A DNA stretch of 64,000 nucleotides from Candidatus Gottesmanbacteria bacterium (GTDB lineage Bacteria > Patescibacteriota > Microgenomatia > UBA10105 > UBA927): the NCBI GenBank assembly GCA_963701185.1, contig OY969569.1:34865-98864 (forward strand), given 5' to 3'. The position numbers and the translations under genes were made by a program. Numbering within the stretch: position 1 is the first letter of the stretch; every line of letters starts with the position of its first letter. Under the pieces are notes generated by a model. It saw only the letters and a list, made by a program, of their open reading frames with translations. It was not told the DNA's origin and searched no databases. Below are positions 28,867-40,301 of the stretch, in pieces.

Positions 28867-29614
28867 TCTTCACGTATCGATAGAAAAGAAAGAAATCCTA
28901 CGAGGACTCTCCTTGAAGGTACGCGCCGGGGAAGTTCATGCGGTGATGGGACCAAACGGAAGCGGAAAATCAACACTCGCGTATGCGCTGCTCGGCTACC
29001 CGGCGTACAAAGTACTACGTTCTAAGTCCAAAATACTAATTGATAAAAAAAATATTATTGGTTTGTCAACGGAGGAGAGAGCGAAAGCGGGTTTATTTCT
29101 TGCACTGCAGTCGCCTGTTTCAGTATCCGGAGTGACGGTAGTGAATTTGCTGCGGACCGCATACGGAGACAGACAAGACAGCACCCACAATCCGCTGTTA
29201 TCACGCCGGTATGTTGGTTCGATGCCGATCGCGGAGTTTATGGCTCTGATAAAAAAGTATGCGGCGGCGCTCCATATCGATGAATCATTTCTGTCTCGCG
29301 GCGTTAATGAAGGGTTTTCCGGAGGTGAGAAGAAAAAGATGGAAATGCTTCAGGCGCTTGTCCTTGCTCCGAAATTTACGGTTTTTGATGAAATAGATAC
29401 GGGCCTGGATGTCGATGCGCTGAAGCTTGTGGCGCGGGGGATACGTATGCTTGTGAAAAAGGGGGTAGGAGTAATGATCATCACCCATTACCGGCGGATT
29501 TTGAAATATATAAAACCGGATGTTGTTCATGTTTTAGTTGACGGAAAGATAGTGAAAACCGGGAAAGCGCGTCTTGCTACGTACATAGAGGAAAAGGGAT
29601 ATGGTGGTTTTTAA
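28841..29614 (+). CDS. sufC: Fe-S assembly ATPase SufC
   Basis: [27 protein letters not shown]. Confidence 0.95.
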   Translation: MTMSLTISNLHVSIEKKEILRGLSLKVRAGEVHAVMGPNGSGKSTLAYALLGYPAYKVLRSKSKILIDKKNIIGLSTEERAKAGLFLALQSPVSVSGVTVVNLLRTAYGDRQDSTHNPLLSRRYVGSMPIAEFMALIKKYAAALHIDESFLSRGVNEGFSGGEKKKMEMLQALVLAPKFTVFDEIDTGLDVDALKLVARGIRMLVKKGVGVMIITHYRRILKYIKPDVVHVLVDGKIVKTGKARLATYIEEKGYGGF

Positions 29615-30941
29615 ATCCAAACGGGGCCTCGACGAAAACATTGTCCGGTCCATCAGCCGGCACAAACGCGAACCGAAATGGATGCTCGAATATCGTCTGC
29701 GCGCGCTGAAGATTTTCCAACATGCGCCGCTTCCGGCATGGGGCGGGGATCTGACGACTATCAATTTTGATAATATTTTTTATTACCTTAAGCCGACGGA
29801 AAAAATAGTAAACTCCTGGAATGATCTCCCAAGAGAAATACGCAACGCCTACGATAAAATCGGTATCCCCGAAGCGGAGAAAAATTTTCTTGCCGGTGTT
29901 TCGGCACAGTATGAATCGGAAGTCGTCTATAAAAGCATCAATCAGATGCTTGAAAAAAAGGGCGTGGTGTTTCTGGATATGGACTCGGGTTTGCGTGAAT
30001 ATCCGGATCTTGTGAAGGAATATTTCGGGTCAGTGGTGCCGGCAAGAGATAATAAATTTTCAGCACTCAACAGTGCCGTATGGAGCGGCGGATCATTTTT
30101 GTATATCCCCAAAGGAGTACGGGTTGAACTTCCGCTTCAGGCGTACTTCCGCATCAACGCCGCAAATATGGGTCAGTTTGAACGGACGCTCATTATTGCC
30201 GATGAAGGAAGTTTCGTGCATTACGTGGAAGGCTGTACAGCCCCGATTTATACGACGGATTCCTTGCACGCAGCCGTTGTGGAAATATTCGTAAAAAAAG
30301 GCGCACGGGTCCGGTATAGTACGATTCAAAACTGGAGTACGAATGTGTATAACCTTGTGACCAAGCGGGCACGGGCGGAAGAAGAAGCTGTCATGGAATG
30401 GGTAGACGGAAATCTCGGCAGTAAGCTGACGATGAAATATCCGAGCGTCGTTCTTGCAGGCAGGAAGGCGCGCGGAGATCTTCTTTCCATTGCTTATGCC
30501 GGTCCCGGCCAGCATCAGGATGCCGGGGGAAAAATGATTCATATTGCTTCCGAAACATCCTCGCGGATTATTTCCAAATCCGTCAGCCGCGGCGGGGGAC
30601 GGACATCATACCGCGGACTGGTTGCGGTCGCCCGCGGTGTAACAGGAGTCAAAAGTAAGTCAGTGTGCGACGCTTTGATTTTGGATGCAGACTCCAGAAG
30701 CGACACGTATCCGGACATGAAAATACAGGGGATTAACGCGCAGGTAGAACATGAAGCCACGGTATCCAAAATCGGAGACGAGCAGCTGTTTTATTTACAA
30801 AGCCGCGGGATCAGCAGGGAGGCAGCGGAGTCTATGATTGTGAACGGGTTTATCGAGCCCATCGTGAAGGAACTGCCGCTTGAGTATGCCGTGGAGATGA
30901 ACAGGCTTATTGCATTACAGCTCGAAGGCTCTGTAGGGTAA
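29601..30941 (+). CDS. sufB: Fe-S assembly protein SufB
   Basis: [33 protein letters not shown]. Confidence 0.95.
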   Translation: MVVFKSKRGLDENIVRSISRHKREPKWMLEYRLRALKIFQHAPLPAWGGDLTTINFDNIFYYLKPTEKIVNSWNDLPREIRNAYDKIGIPEAEKNFLAGVSAQYESEVVYKSINQMLEKKGVVFLDMDSGLREYPDLVKEYFGSVVPARDNKFSALNSAVWSGGSFLYIPKGVRVELPLQAYFRINAANMGQFERTLIIADEGSFVHYVEGCTAPIYTTDSLHAAVVEIFVKKGARVRYSTIQNWSTNVYNLVTKRARAEEEAVMEWVDGNLGSKLTMKYPSVVLAGRKARGDLLSIAYAGPGQHQDAGGKMIHIASETSSRIISKSVSRGGGRTSYRGLVAVARGVTGVKSKSVCDALILDADSRSDTYPDMKIQGINAQVEHEATVSKIGDEQLFYLQSRGISREAAESMIVNGFIEPIVKELPLEYAVEMNRLIALQLEGSVG

Positions 30942-30943
30942 AT

Positions 30944-31540
30944 ATGTACCAGTTTATACAAGTTCATGAAGGTGAAAATATACTCGAATTCCGTGTTCCG
31001 GCGGGTAAAACGCTTCATCTCTTCATCTATGGTTTGGTGAGCTGTAACGCCCGGTTGACCGTGAAACTTACGGGTATCGGATCACGTGCAATAATTACCG
31101 GAATACTGATAGGAAAAGATGATACTAAGCAGACCCTTCACACGATGCAAATCCACGAAGCGCCGGAGACGACGAGTGACTTGTTGGTGAAAACTGTTTT
31201 ATCCGGGAAAGCCGCGTGTGTCTATGATGGTGGCATCAGGATTGAAAAATCCGCGCAAAAGTCAGATGCATATCAGCGGAATGAAAACCTGCTGCTTTCG
31301 CCTGACGCGCATGTTGAAACAAAGCCATCGCTCGAAATTTTTGCCAACGACGTACGCTGTACGCATGGGGCGGCTTCCGGGTCCGTTGACGAAGAACAGC
31401 TCTGGTACCTTCTGTCCCGCGGCATTGCACGCGCGGATGGGGAGGCGCTTCTCGTGCGCGGGTTTATCCAAAGTGCCCTGGATCGCATTCCTGTTGGCAA
31501 ACGCGGTATAATATCCCTATGGGAACATTTATTAAAGTGA
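30944..31540 (+). CDS. sufD: SufD (C-terminal core only)
   Basis: NLLLS...KPSLEIFANDVRCTHGA..LWYLLSRGI. Confidence 0.85.
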   Translation: MYQFIQVHEGENILEFRVPAGKTLHLFIYGLVSCNARLTVKLTGIGSRAIITGILIGKDDTKQTLHTMQIHEAPETTSDLLVKTVLSGKAACVYDGGIRIEKSAQKSDAYQRNENLLLSPDAHVETKPSLEIFANDVRCTHGAASGSVDEEQLWYLLSRGIARADGEALLVRGFIQSALDRIPVGKRGIISLWEHLLK

Positions 31541-31830
31541 TGAGCACATCGGAATTGTCCGACGGGGAAATGAAAACCATTGTTGCAGGGGGTGTGCGTC
31601 TGATGATTGCCCATGTGGGCGGAGAATTTTTTGCGATTGATGATGCCTGTACGCATGCAGGGTGTTCCCTGGGTTCCCAGGGGAAATTAACAGGATCTAC
31701 CGTAACCTGCGGATGCCACGGCGGACAATTCGACGTGATGACAGGCGCTGTTGTTTCGCCGCCTCCTTCCAAAAGCGCGGCATCATACCGCGTTAAAGTA
31801 GAAGGGAATGATGTCCTGGTATCGGTATGA
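31519..31830 (+). CDS. Rieske-type ferredoxin
   Basis: CTH...CGCHGGQFD. Confidence 0.9.
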   Translation: MGTFIKVMSTSELSDGEMKTIVAGGVRLMIAHVGGEFFAIDDACTHAGCSLGSQGKLTGSTVTCGCHGGQFDVMTGAVVSPPPSKSAASYRVKVEGNDVLVSV

Positions 31831-33005
31831 TAGACGCGGCTTCTCTTCGGAGGGATTTTCCGGTTTTGGCGCGGCGCATTCACGGTAAGCCTCTCGTGTA
31901 TCTTGATTCTACTGCGACATCTTTGAAACCCCGGTCAGTCATCGATAAAGAGAATGAATATTACACCCGCTATACCGCAAATATTTTCCGTGGTATCTAT
32001 ACCACAAGTGAGGAAGCGACGAAAGAATATGAAGATGTCCGGATAAAGGCAGCGCAGTTTATCGGTGCATCAAATTCTGATGAAATTATTTTTACGCGCA
32101 ATACCACGGAATCGATTAATCTTGTTGCGTACAGTCTCATCTGCGGGGATGAAGTTGTCGCGTCGGTCATGGAACATCACTCAAATTTTGTCCCCTGGCA
32201 GCAGCTGGGGCATCTGACTGTTTGGGATTACGAGACGGATTTGGAGAAAATTATTACGGGAAAAACAAAATTATTTGCCATCACCGCCTTGTCAAATGTC
32301 CTCGGAACCATTGTTCCGATCAAGAAAATTGTTCGAACAGTTAAAAGCCTCAATCCAAAGTGTTTGGTGCTTGTTGACGCGGCGCAGGCTGTTCCACATA
32401 TGAAGGTAGATGTTGTAGATTGGGGAGCGGATTTCGTTGCGTTTTCTTCCCATAAAATGCTGGGTCCTACCGGCGTCGGCGTCCTGTGGGGAAAATATGA
32501 ACTGCTCTCGGCCATGAAGCCGTTTGAATACGGCGGAGAGATGATTGAGGAGGTGCACATCGATAAAACCATCTTTAAAGCCCCGCCGCATAGGTTTGAG
32601 GCGGGTACGCCGCATATTGCCGGCGTCATCGGACTGGGGGCGGCGATTGATTATTTAAGAAAACTCGGTATGTCTTCGGTGCGCGCCCATGAAAAAGATA
32701 TGACGGCATATGCCTTTGATAGATTATCTTCAATCAAAGAGGTCACCATTGTAGGGCCGAAAAATCCGGCAGCGCGGGCGGGTGTTATTGCATTTACCGT
32801 CCGCGGGGTTCACCCTCATGATGTGGCACAGGTTCTGGACGAAGACAACATCTGTATCCGCGTCGGGTTTCACTGCGCCCAGCCGCTTCACGAGTATTTG
32901 GGGACAGGTCCAACCTGCCGCGCGTCATTTTACGTGTACACGACGAAAAACGACATTGATATGTTAGGAGAGGGTTTGGAAAAAGTTATTAAAATGTTTT
33001 CGTAA
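31827..33005 (+). CDS. sufS: Cysteine desulfurase SufS
   Basis: YLDSTAT, EHHSN, DAAQ, SSHKM, RVGFHCAQP. Confidence 0.95.
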   Translation: MIDAASLRRDFPVLARRIHGKPLVYLDSTATSLKPRSVIDKENEYYTRYTANIFRGIYTTSEEATKEYEDVRIKAAQFIGASNSDEIIFTRNTTESINLVAYSLICGDEVVASVMEHHSNFVPWQQLGHLTVWDYETDLEKIITGKTKLFAITALSNVLGTIVPIKKIVRTVKSLNPKCLVLVDAAQAVPHMKVDVVDWGADFVAFSSHKMLGPTGVGVLWGKYELLSAMKPFEYGGEMIEEVHIDKTIFKAPPHRFEAGTPHIAGVIGLGAAIDYLRKLGMSSVRAHEKDMTAYAFDRLSSIKEVTIVGPKNPAARAGVIAFTVRGVHPHDVAQVLDEDNICIRVGFHCAQPLHEYLGTGPTCRASFYVYTTKNDIDMLGEGLEKVIKMFS

Positions 33006-33006
33006 T

Positions 33007-33378
33007 ATGGACATGTACCGCGAGATTATCCTCGACCACTACAAGCATCCGCGCAATTTCGGACACTTACCCCATGCAACTGCCTCGGCTCACGCATATA
33101 ACGCCACATGTGGAGATAAAATCATTATGGAAATAAAGATTGATAATTCGAAGATCAGTGATATCCGTTTTTCGGGTACAGGGTGTGCCATCAGTCAGGC
33201 CGCCGCGTCGATGTTGACGGAAAAGGTGAAAGGGATGAAGAAAACCGAGGTGATGAAACTGGGCGCGAAAAATATTATTGATATGCTCGGTACAACCCTG
33301 ACGCCGTCGCGCATAAAATGTGCGACATTGCCCCTGGAAGTCCTTCAGAAAGTAGTTATAAAAAAAGCTATAGCATAG
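33007..33378 (+). CDS. sufU: SufU/IscU-like scaffold
   Basis: ILDHYKHPRN, CGD, GCAIS, RIKCA. Confidence 0.9.
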   Translation: MDMYREIILDHYKHPRNFGHLPHATASAHAYNATCGDKIIMEIKIDNSKISDIRFSGTGCAISQAAASMLTEKVKGMKKTEVMKLGAKNIIDMLGTTLTPSRIKCATLPLEVLQKVVIKKAIA

Positions 33379-33442
33379 TTTATAACTACTTCAATGATTG
33401 ATACGATTGAAAGTTGAAGTTTTCTTTAGTATAGTATTCATT

Positions 33443-33697
33443 ATGGATAGCAATGATCCTAAGGTAATAAGAAAAATTCGTAAACTCACAATGCGCATTG
33501 ATCGGAATCTCTGCATCGGTGCGGCTACCTGTGTGGCAATTGCCCCCAAAGCATGGACATTGGATAACGAGGCAAAGGCAATTATTTTAGATACGGCGGA
33601 ACAGGAATCGGACGCGACTCTTATCGAAGCTGCCAAGGGATGCCCGGTGTTGGCGATTTTCATCACCGACGACACCGGTAAACAAATTTTCCCGTAA
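33443..33697 (+). CDS. Ferredoxin, probably [3Fe-4S]
   Basis: CIGAATC...CP (second Cys replaced by Ala). Confidence 0.8.
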   Translation: MDSNDPKVIRKIRKLTMRIDRNLCIGAATCVAIAPKAWTLDNEAKAIILDTAEQESDATLIEAAKGCPVLAIFITDDTGKQIFP

Positions 33698-33727
33698 ATC
33701 TTTCAGTAAATGTGATACCATGATTTT

Positions 33728-35407
33728 ATGGATTCAGTGACATGGAAAATCGGGGGAGAGGCGGGGTTCGGGATCATGGCTTCAGGCACCATGCTTGCCA
33801 AGACGTTTTCCCGTGCCGGATATCACGTCTTAGCAACCAACGAATATCCCTCCCGGATACGGGGCGGGCACAATCTCGTCACCGTCCGCATCGCAATAAA
33901 AAAGTTTGAGGCAATGAGCCGCGACCTTCATATATTGGTTGCATTAAACCGTGAAACCATTGATCTTCATAAACAGGAATTGAGTGAACAGACAATCGTC
34001 CTGTTTGATCCGAAAGACGGAGAATATAGTTCAGGCATTCCCGTGCCGTTCTCGGAGATCGTGACAAAACTCGGCGGGGAACCCGTGATGCGCAACACCG
34101 TTGCCATCGGGGCGAGCGTTGCTCTTTTGGGCAGTCCGTTTGCCAATCTGGAAGCGGTTATTACCGACCAGTTTAAGAAAAAAGGCGCTGATGTTGTGAA
34201 ACACAACGTGGAAATCGCACGGGCGGGATACGACGCGGTGCAGGAAAAATCCATGGTGCTGGCGCCGGCAGAAAAAAAAGAAGACCAGTTGGTCATTAAT
34301 GCGAGTGAAGCAATCGGCATCGGAGCAGTGCGGGCGGGTCTGAAATTTGCGGCAATATACCCCATGACGCCCATCAATGCGCTTATTACCTTTTTGGCGG
34401 ACCACGCCAAAAGCGCGAATATCGTCTATAAGCAGCCGGAAGATGAAATAGCAGGCATCAATATGGCAATCGGCGCGTCCTTATGCGGCGTTCGCAGTAT
34501 GGTGGCCACCAGCGGCGGCGGGTTTGCCCTCATGGTGGAAGGATTATCCTGGGCGGGTATGATAGAAGCGCCGTTGGTTATCGATCTTGGTATGCGTCCC
34601 GGTCCCTCTACAGGAATGCCGACATGGAGCGAGCAGGGGGAATTGCAGTTTGCCATTCATGCAGGGCACGGAGAATTTCCGCGGATTATACTCGCGCCGG
34701 CGGATGCGGCGGATGCATATACACTCACGATCGATGCGTTTAATTTGGCGGACCGCTATCAGGTGCCGGTATTTTTATTAACCGACAAATATATCAATGA
34801 AAGCCAGTGGTGTGTGCCCAAATCCGTCATGTCCGGCGATGTTGTTGTCGACCGCGGAAAACTACTGAAAGAAGCGGTAAGTGATTCTTTTAAGCGATAC
34901 GATCTTGCCGTTCCCGACGGTGTATCGCCCCGAAGCGTTCCCGGCCAGAAAGGCGGCTTTTATATTGCCAATTCCTATGAGCATGATGAAACCGGTCACG
35001 TGACGGACCAACTCCAAATGCGCATCGCGATGGCCGCCAAGCGCATGAAAAAATTTGAGGCAATGAAAAAAGATATGAAAGCGCCGTCAGTATACGGCGA
35101 CCCAGAAGCGGAAATCACGTTTGTGACGTGGGGCAGCACCCGCGGCCCGGTACTGGAGGCAATGAAATTACTTAATAAAAAATCGCGGCTTGTTCATTTT
35201 TCATGGATATACCCGTTCCCTGTTGAGGAAACGATGAAAGTCTTATCGCCGGCGACACGTATTATTGACGTTGAGCAGAATGCCACAGGACAGCTGGCAT
35301 CGCTTATCCGGGAGCATACCGGCATCCTTATGAAAGAAAAATTACTGAAAAATGACGGGAGAATCTGGTATCCGGAGGAGATTGCGGAATATGTCAATAA
35401 CGGCTGA
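33728..35407 (+). CDS. 2-oxoacid:ferredoxin oxidoreductase alpha subunit
   Basis: GGEAGFG, YPMTP, EDEIAG, TSGGGF, RPGPSTG. Confidence 0.92.
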   Translation: MDSVTWKIGGEAGFGIMASGTMLAKTFSRAGYHVLATNEYPSRIRGGHNLVTVRIAIKKFEAMSRDLHILVALNRETIDLHKQELSEQTIVLFDPKDGEYSSGIPVPFSEIVTKLGGEPVMRNTVAIGASVALLGSPFANLEAVITDQFKKKGADVVKHNVEIARAGYDAVQEKSMVLAPAEKKEDQLVINASEAIGIGAVRAGLKFAAIYPMTPINALITFLADHAKSANIVYKQPEDEIAGINMAIGASLCGVRSMVATSGGGFALMVEGLSWAGMIEAPLVIDLGMRPGPSTGMPTWSEQGELQFAIHAGHGEFPRIILAPADAADAYTLTIDAFNLADRYQVPVFLLTDKYINESQWCVPKSVMSGDVVVDRGKLLKEAVSDSFKRYDLAVPDGVSPRSVPGQKGGFYIANSYEHDETGHVTDQLQMRIAMAAKRMKKFEAMKKDMKAPSVYGDPEAEITFVTWGSTRGPVLEAMKLLNKKSRLVHFSWIYPFPVEETMKVLSPATRIIDVEQNATGQLASLIREHTGILMKEKLLKNDGRIWYPEEIAEYVNNG

Positions 35408-36215
35408 TTCATTCAAAACAAATTTTCTGCCGACGTGGTGCCCCGGATGCGGAGACTTCGGCATCTGGATGTCTCTTAAAAACGCACTCGTTACCCTTGG
35501 GATCGGCACGGATGACGGCGTGGTGGTATACGGCGTGGGGTGCCACGGCAATATGTATGACTGGATGAAAATGTATGGAGTGGCCGCGCTCCATGGGAGG
35601 ACCCTGCCGGTGGCGCAGGGGTTGAAACTTGCCAACCATAAACTTCCGGTTATTGTCGTTTCCGGGGACGGAGACGGGTTGGGGGAGGGAGGCAACCATT
35701 TTCTGCACGCGGCCAAGAGGAATCCCGATATCACGGTTCTCATTCACGACAATCAAGTCTACGGTCTCACGACCGGCCAGGCATCGCCGACGGCAAAGCC
35801 GGGATTCAAAACAAAATCCACGCCCGAGGGAGTTGTCGATGAGCCGGTTAATCCGCTGGCTCTGGCCATAACTGCAGGCGCGACGTTTGTGGCTCGCGGA
35901 TTTGCCGGGGACACGCCGGGATTAACCTCTCTGATTGTTGCCGCGGTACAACACAAAGGGTTCGCCGTTATTGATATTCTTCAGCCCTGCGTGACGTTTG
36001 ACAAAATTCATACGTACCAATGGTATCGGCCGCGGTTATATAAAATTGAGACACCTGACAATAAAATAAAAGCGTTGGAATTGGCAATGGAATGGGGAGA
36101 TAAAATCCCCGTCGGTATTTTGTATAAAGAAGATAAACCAACCAGCGAAGACCACGAACCCGTCATTGGCGACCAAACAATAGACCTTCAGGCTCTTCTC
36201 GGCGAATTTATATAA
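35391..36215 (+). CDS. 2-oxoacid:ferredoxin oxidoreductase beta subunit
   Basis: WCPGCGD, HGR, GDGD..N TPP motif, QPCVTF. Confidence 0.92.
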   Translation: MSITADSFKTNFLPTWCPGCGDFGIWMSLKNALVTLGIGTDDGVVVYGVGCHGNMYDWMKMYGVAALHGRTLPVAQGLKLANHKLPVIVVSGDGDGLGEGGNHFLHAAKRNPDITVLIHDNQVYGLTTGQASPTAKPGFKTKSTPEGVVDEPVNPLALAITAGATFVARGFAGDTPGLTSLIVAAVQHKGFAVIDILQPCVTFDKIHTYQWYRPRLYKIETPDNKIKALELAMEWGDKIPVGILYKEDKPTSEDHEPVIGDQTIDLQALLGEFI

Positions 36216-36230
36216 TGTGATCTTGTCCTC

Positions 36231-36269
36231 TTGACGTGGGTGTTAGCAGTTGTTATACTCGAGTGCTAG
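36231..36269 (+). promoter_or_regulatory. sigma70 promoter overlapped by a CIRCE (HrcA operator)
   Basis: TTGACG-17-TATACT; TTAGCAGTT-N9-GAGTGCTAG at 36243-36269. Confidence 0.8.
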
Positions 36270-36281
36270 AGAAGGATAAAA

Positions 36282-38657
36282 ATGGAAGAACTACTCAATC
36301 CATCAGAAATGGTATTACCCGTTGTTCCGATCCGCGACGGCATCGTGTTTCCGGGTACGGAAATGATATTAACCTTCGGTAGACAGCGGAGTGTTTCGGC
36401 GATAGAAGCCGGCCAAACGTCGGCCAAGCGCGTCATTCTCGTCATGCAGCGGAATCCCAACATCAATGACCCCACGCCATCGGATCTGTACAACATCGCC
36501 ACGGTCGGAGAGATTGTCCAGATGATGAAAAATGAGGGGGAAATCAATGCGCTGGTACGCGGAATATCCAAAGTTGAAATTCTCTCGTACGAAGCGGTGG
36601 AGCCGTTCTTTGTTGCACGCGCGCTCACCCTGACGGACACCATAGAAGAGGACGAAGAGACGAAAGCACTTTTTAACCATCTTACCAACGAACTCCGTCA
36701 GGCCGTGAAGCTCGGGAAGACCATGGATTTTCTCACGTTCATGAATATCATGTCGGGCGTTTCGCCGCAGGTACTTTCCCATCAGGTCGCCGGGGTTCTC
36801 GATATCAAACCGGATGAGCGCGAGGAACTCCTCGAGATGGTGTCCGTTAAAAACCGTCTGGAAAAAGAAATCACCTATCTGTCCCGCGAAGTGAAGATTC
36901 TCGAGTTGGAAAAGAAAATAGCCAATAAAACGCAGGAAAAATTCGATAAAAACGTCCGCGAACAGGTGTTGCGCGAGCGCATGAAGACGATAGAAAAAGA
37001 ACTCGGCGAAGACGACGGAAACAAGGAATATAAAGAACTTGCCGAAAAAATCAAAAAATCAGGGATGCCCGCCGACGTTCGTGCGAAAGCGGAGAAGGAA
37101 CTAGCCCGTCTTATCCAGATGTCTCAGTATAATCCGGAATCTTCATATGTCCGGGCATATCTTGACTGGCTGGTTGAACTTCCCTGGAATGTCGCGAGCC
37201 CCAATAACGTGGTTATTGCCGATGCGGAAGCAATTCTTAATAAAGATCACTACGGGCTCAAGAAAATAAAAGAAAGAATTCTTGAATATTTAGCTGTTAT
37301 GAAACTTCGGAGTGAAAAAATTGTCAAAGAAACTGCCGTACATACATCTAAATCCGCCCCGACGATTCTCTGTTTTGTGGGTCCGCCCGGAGTGGGGAAA
37401 ACCTCAATCGGCAAGTCCATTGCACGCAGTCTGGGCCGGAAATTCGTAAAAATGTCCCTCGGAGGCATCCGGGATGAAGCGGAAATCCGCGGACACCGGA
37501 GAACCTATGTGGGGGCTTTGCCTGGCCGCATTATTCAGGGCATCAAGCAGGCCGGAACGAAGAATCCCGTATTTATGTTGGACGAAATAGATAAAGTGGG
37601 GACAGATTTCCGCGGCGATCCGTCGGCGGCACTCCTTGAGGCGTTGGATCCGGAACAGAATTACTCATTCTCCGATCATTACCTTGAGGTACCGTTTGAT
37701 TTGTCCGATGTCTTTTTCATCACAACGTGCAATGTGTTGGACACCATTCCGCCGGCACTGCGCGACCGCCTGGAGGTCATCCATTTCCCGGGATATACGG
37801 AGGATGAGAAATTCCATATCGGCCGTGATTTCCTTTTTGAGAAAGAGCGGGAAATCCATGGCGTGCCCGATGGGAGCGTCATGCTTACAGACGAAGCAAT
37901 AGTTGAGATTATCCGCCGGTATACGCGCGAGGCGGGAGTCCGCAATCTTGAGCGCGAAGTGGCGACCATTTTCAGAAAAGTCGCCAAAAAGATTGCAGAC
38001 GTCGCGGGCAAGCGGCCGGCGTTTACGATCACGCCTCATGTCCTTCATGAATATTTGGGACCGACAAAGTTTACGTCTATGCTGGCCGAGAAAAAAGATG
38101 AGGTGGGGATGGCAACGGGGCTCGCCTGGACCGAGGCCGGCGGCGACATTTTGTTTATCGAAGTTGCCCTCATGCCCGGCCGCGGAACGCTTACCTTAAC
38201 CGGACAGCTGGGAGATGTCATGAAAGAGTCCGGGCAGGCCGCCATGTCATATGTGCGCAGCCGCTGGAAACTATTGGGTCTGCCGGAAAAGTTTTTCCAG
38301 AAAATAGATGTCCATGTGCATGTGCCGGAAGGGGCAGTGCCCAAAGATGGGCCATCGGCGGGAGCCGCGATTGCCACGGCGATTGTGTCAGCACTCATCA
38401 AAATTCCTACGCACAGGACAGTCGCCATGACCGGGGAAATTACCCTGCGGGGACGCGTCCTTGAAATCGGCGGCGTGAAAGAAAAAGTGATTGCGGCACA
38501 TCGGGCGGGAATCTCAACCGTCATTTTGCCGAAAAATAATAAAAAAGATCTCGAGGATATTCCCAAAAGCGTTTCGACTGACCTCAAGTTTTACTTTGTG
38601 GAACACATGGATGAGGTCCTTACCCTCGCACTCACCCGTCACTTCATAAAATCGTAG
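36282..38657 (+). CDS. lon: Endopeptidase La
   Basis: [29 protein letters not shown]. Confidence 0.97.
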   Translation: MEELLNPSEMVLPVVPIRDGIVFPGTEMILTFGRQRSVSAIEAGQTSAKRVILVMQRNPNINDPTPSDLYNIATVGEIVQMMKNEGEINALVRGISKVEILSYEAVEPFFVARALTLTDTIEEDEETKALFNHLTNELRQAVKLGKTMDFLTFMNIMSGVSPQVLSHQVAGVLDIKPDEREELLEMVSVKNRLEKEITYLSREVKILELEKKIANKTQEKFDKNVREQVLRERMKTIEKELGEDDGNKEYKELAEKIKKSGMPADVRAKAEKELARLIQMSQYNPESSYVRAYLDWLVELPWNVASPNNVVIADAEAILNKDHYGLKKIKERILEYLAVMKLRSEKIVKETAVHTSKSAPTILCFVGPPGVGKTSIGKSIARSLGRKFVKMSLGGIRDEAEIRGHRRTYVGALPGRIIQGIKQAGTKNPVFMLDEIDKVGTDFRGDPSAALLEALDPEQNYSFSDHYLEVPFDLSDVFFITTCNVLDTIPPALRDRLEVIHFPGYTEDEKFHIGRDFLFEKEREIHGVPDGSVMLTDEAIVEIIRRYTREAGVRNLEREVATIFRKVAKKIADVAGKRPAFTITPHVLHEYLGPTKFTSMLAEKKDEVGMATGLAWTEAGGDILFIEVALMPGRGTLTLTGQLGDVMKESGQAAMSYVRSRWKLLGLPEKFFQKIDVHVHVPEGAVPKDGPSAGAAIATAIVSALIKIPTHRTVAMTGEITLRGRVLEIGGVKEKVIAAHRAGISTVILPKNNKKDLEDIPKSVSTDLKFYFVEHMDEVLTLALTRHFIKS

Positions 38658-39538
38658 ACAATTTTTGAGATATGTGCTTCCAACTTTGACGCAGTCATTG
38701 CGTCTCCCGCGTCACTCGTGAGTATACCGATGTAATAGGCCGTATTGCCGTGATTGACGATGCCGACGTCGTGAACCTCGCCTGTCTCCCCGTCGCCGGT
38801 TTTATGATAGACCGTTGCGTCTTTTGGCAGATCTGCAGGTATCCGGTTTTCAAAATCGCTGTCGCGCATAAACCCGAGCATTTCAGCGGTAGCGGCGGGA
38901 TTGGCGACATTGTTGCCGTACATTTTCCGAAGCAGCAGCTCCATATCTTTATTTGACGTCTTGTTGTTGGCCATGTCCGTTTGCGTCAGGCCCCAGTTGT
39001 TGATGATAGATTGCACTTTCGGTAATCCGACCACGTAGTTGCCCAGCAAAAACGCCGCCGTATTGTCGCTTTTCTGCATCATGAGCCGTACCAGGGTTTT
39101 TACCGTGTAGGTCGTACCCGGCGGGTCATAGCGGATACTGCCGGTTCCGTAATCCTGAATATCTTCCTGCTGCAGGGTAATGACCCGATCAAAGTTTACG
39201 TTTCCGTTTTGCGCCTCATTATAAAGGACGGCCATGATCGGCAGTTTATTGAGGGAGGCGGCGGTGAACATTTCCGATTCATTGATGCCCATGGAAAAGT
39301 TACTTCGGTAATCGACAATATACACGGAATAATTTTTGAACGTGTTGCCGATTGCGGACCGGATCTGTTTCTTAAGATCCTCCGGGCTTTTGCGTACCGA
39401 GAAAATGCCCAGCACTGTGGTGTATGCATCGTTCGGCAGGGGTGATACGGACGGGCGGGATTTTTCTTTCGTCAATACGTACAGTCCCGTGGCAACAAGA
39501 AGACACAGCGATAATAAAAGAATATATGGACGCCGCAT
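38639..39538 (-). CDS. Class A beta-lactamase-like serine hydrolase, membrane-anchored
   Basis: SLNK, SDN, HKTG. Confidence 0.85.
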   Translation of the reverse strand: MRRPYILLLSLCLLVATGLYVLTKEKSRPSVSPLPNDAYTTVLGIFSVRKSPEDLKKQIRSAIGNTFKNYSVYIVDYRSNFSMGINESEMFTAASLNKLPIMAVLYNEAQNGNVNFDRVITLQQEDIQDYGTGSIRYDPPGTTYTVKTLVRLMMQKSDNTAAFLLGNYVVGLPKVQSIINNWGLTQTDMANNKTSNKDMELLLRKMYGNNVANPAATAEMLGFMRDSDFENRIPADLPKDATVYHKTGDGETGEVHDVGIVNHGNTAYYIGILTSDAGDAMTASKLEAHISKIVYDFMK

Positions 39539-39576
39539 AAAATGCATTATAATACATACAGTGAGGGGGTGATGCT

Positions 39577-39846
39577 ATGAAAAAAATACATCCGCATGAT
39601 GTTGGTTTTATACTCGGAGCGACTGTGTCCATTATGCATATCGTATGGTCACTCGCCGTCTTTGTCGGTCTGGCAAACTGGTATCTGGATTTTATCTTTT
39701 CCCTGCATTTTTTAAGTAATCCTTTTGTGGTCCAGTCGTTTGACTGGGGAAAAGCGATTATGCTCTGGGTCATCACATTTGTCGTAGGGTATCTCGTGGG
39801 ATGGATATTCGGTGTGATGTGGAACGTGATGCTTAAGAAGAAATGA
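39577..39846 (+). CDS. Small membrane protein
   Basis: Hydrophobic 89 aa; SD-like GAGGGGG upstream. Confidence 0.75.
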   Translation: MKKIHPHDVGFILGATVSIMHIVWSLAVFVGLANWYLDFIFSLHFLSNPFVVQSFDWGKAIMLWVITFVVGYLVGWIFGVMWNVMLKKK

Positions 39847-40301
39847 AGAAACGGAATATTCGGCAGTTGTTGCTTTCGATTATTGCATGTCAGGCGGCAG
39901 GATTAATCGGGTTGCTGTTTACGGCCGGTGCCCTTCCGGTGTGGTATGCGGGCCTTATCAAACCTGCGTATAATCCGCCGGGCTGGGTGTTCGGACCCGT
40001 ATGGACCGCCCTTTATATTCTGATGGGGATCTCCCTGTATCTGGTCCGCAGTAACAGGGCGGCCGTGAAGCTCTTTCTTATTCATCTCGCTGTCAATGCG
40101 GGCTGGTCCGTTGTCTTTTTCGGACTCCATTCGATTTTAGGAGGCATGGTGACGCTTATGATTCTCTGGGGGTTTATTATTTTTCTTATCCGCGAATTTT
40201 ATCCGATACACCGCACAGCCGCGTATCTTTTGATCCCGTATTTTGTTTGGGTGTCATGTGCCGGCATCCTCAATTTCTCGATCCTTCTTCTTAATCAATG
40301 A
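39843..40301 (+). CDS. TspO/MBR family protein
   Basis: WY..L.KP..NPPGWVFGPVWT.LY; LLIPYFVW. Confidence 0.92.
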   Translation: MKKRNIRQLLLSIIACQAAGLIGLLFTAGALPVWYAGLIKPAYNPPGWVFGPVWTALYILMGISLYLVRSNRAAVKLFLIHLAVNAGWSVVFFGLHSILGGMVTLMILWGFIIFLIREFYPIHRTAAYLLIPYFVWVSCAGILNFSILLLNQ

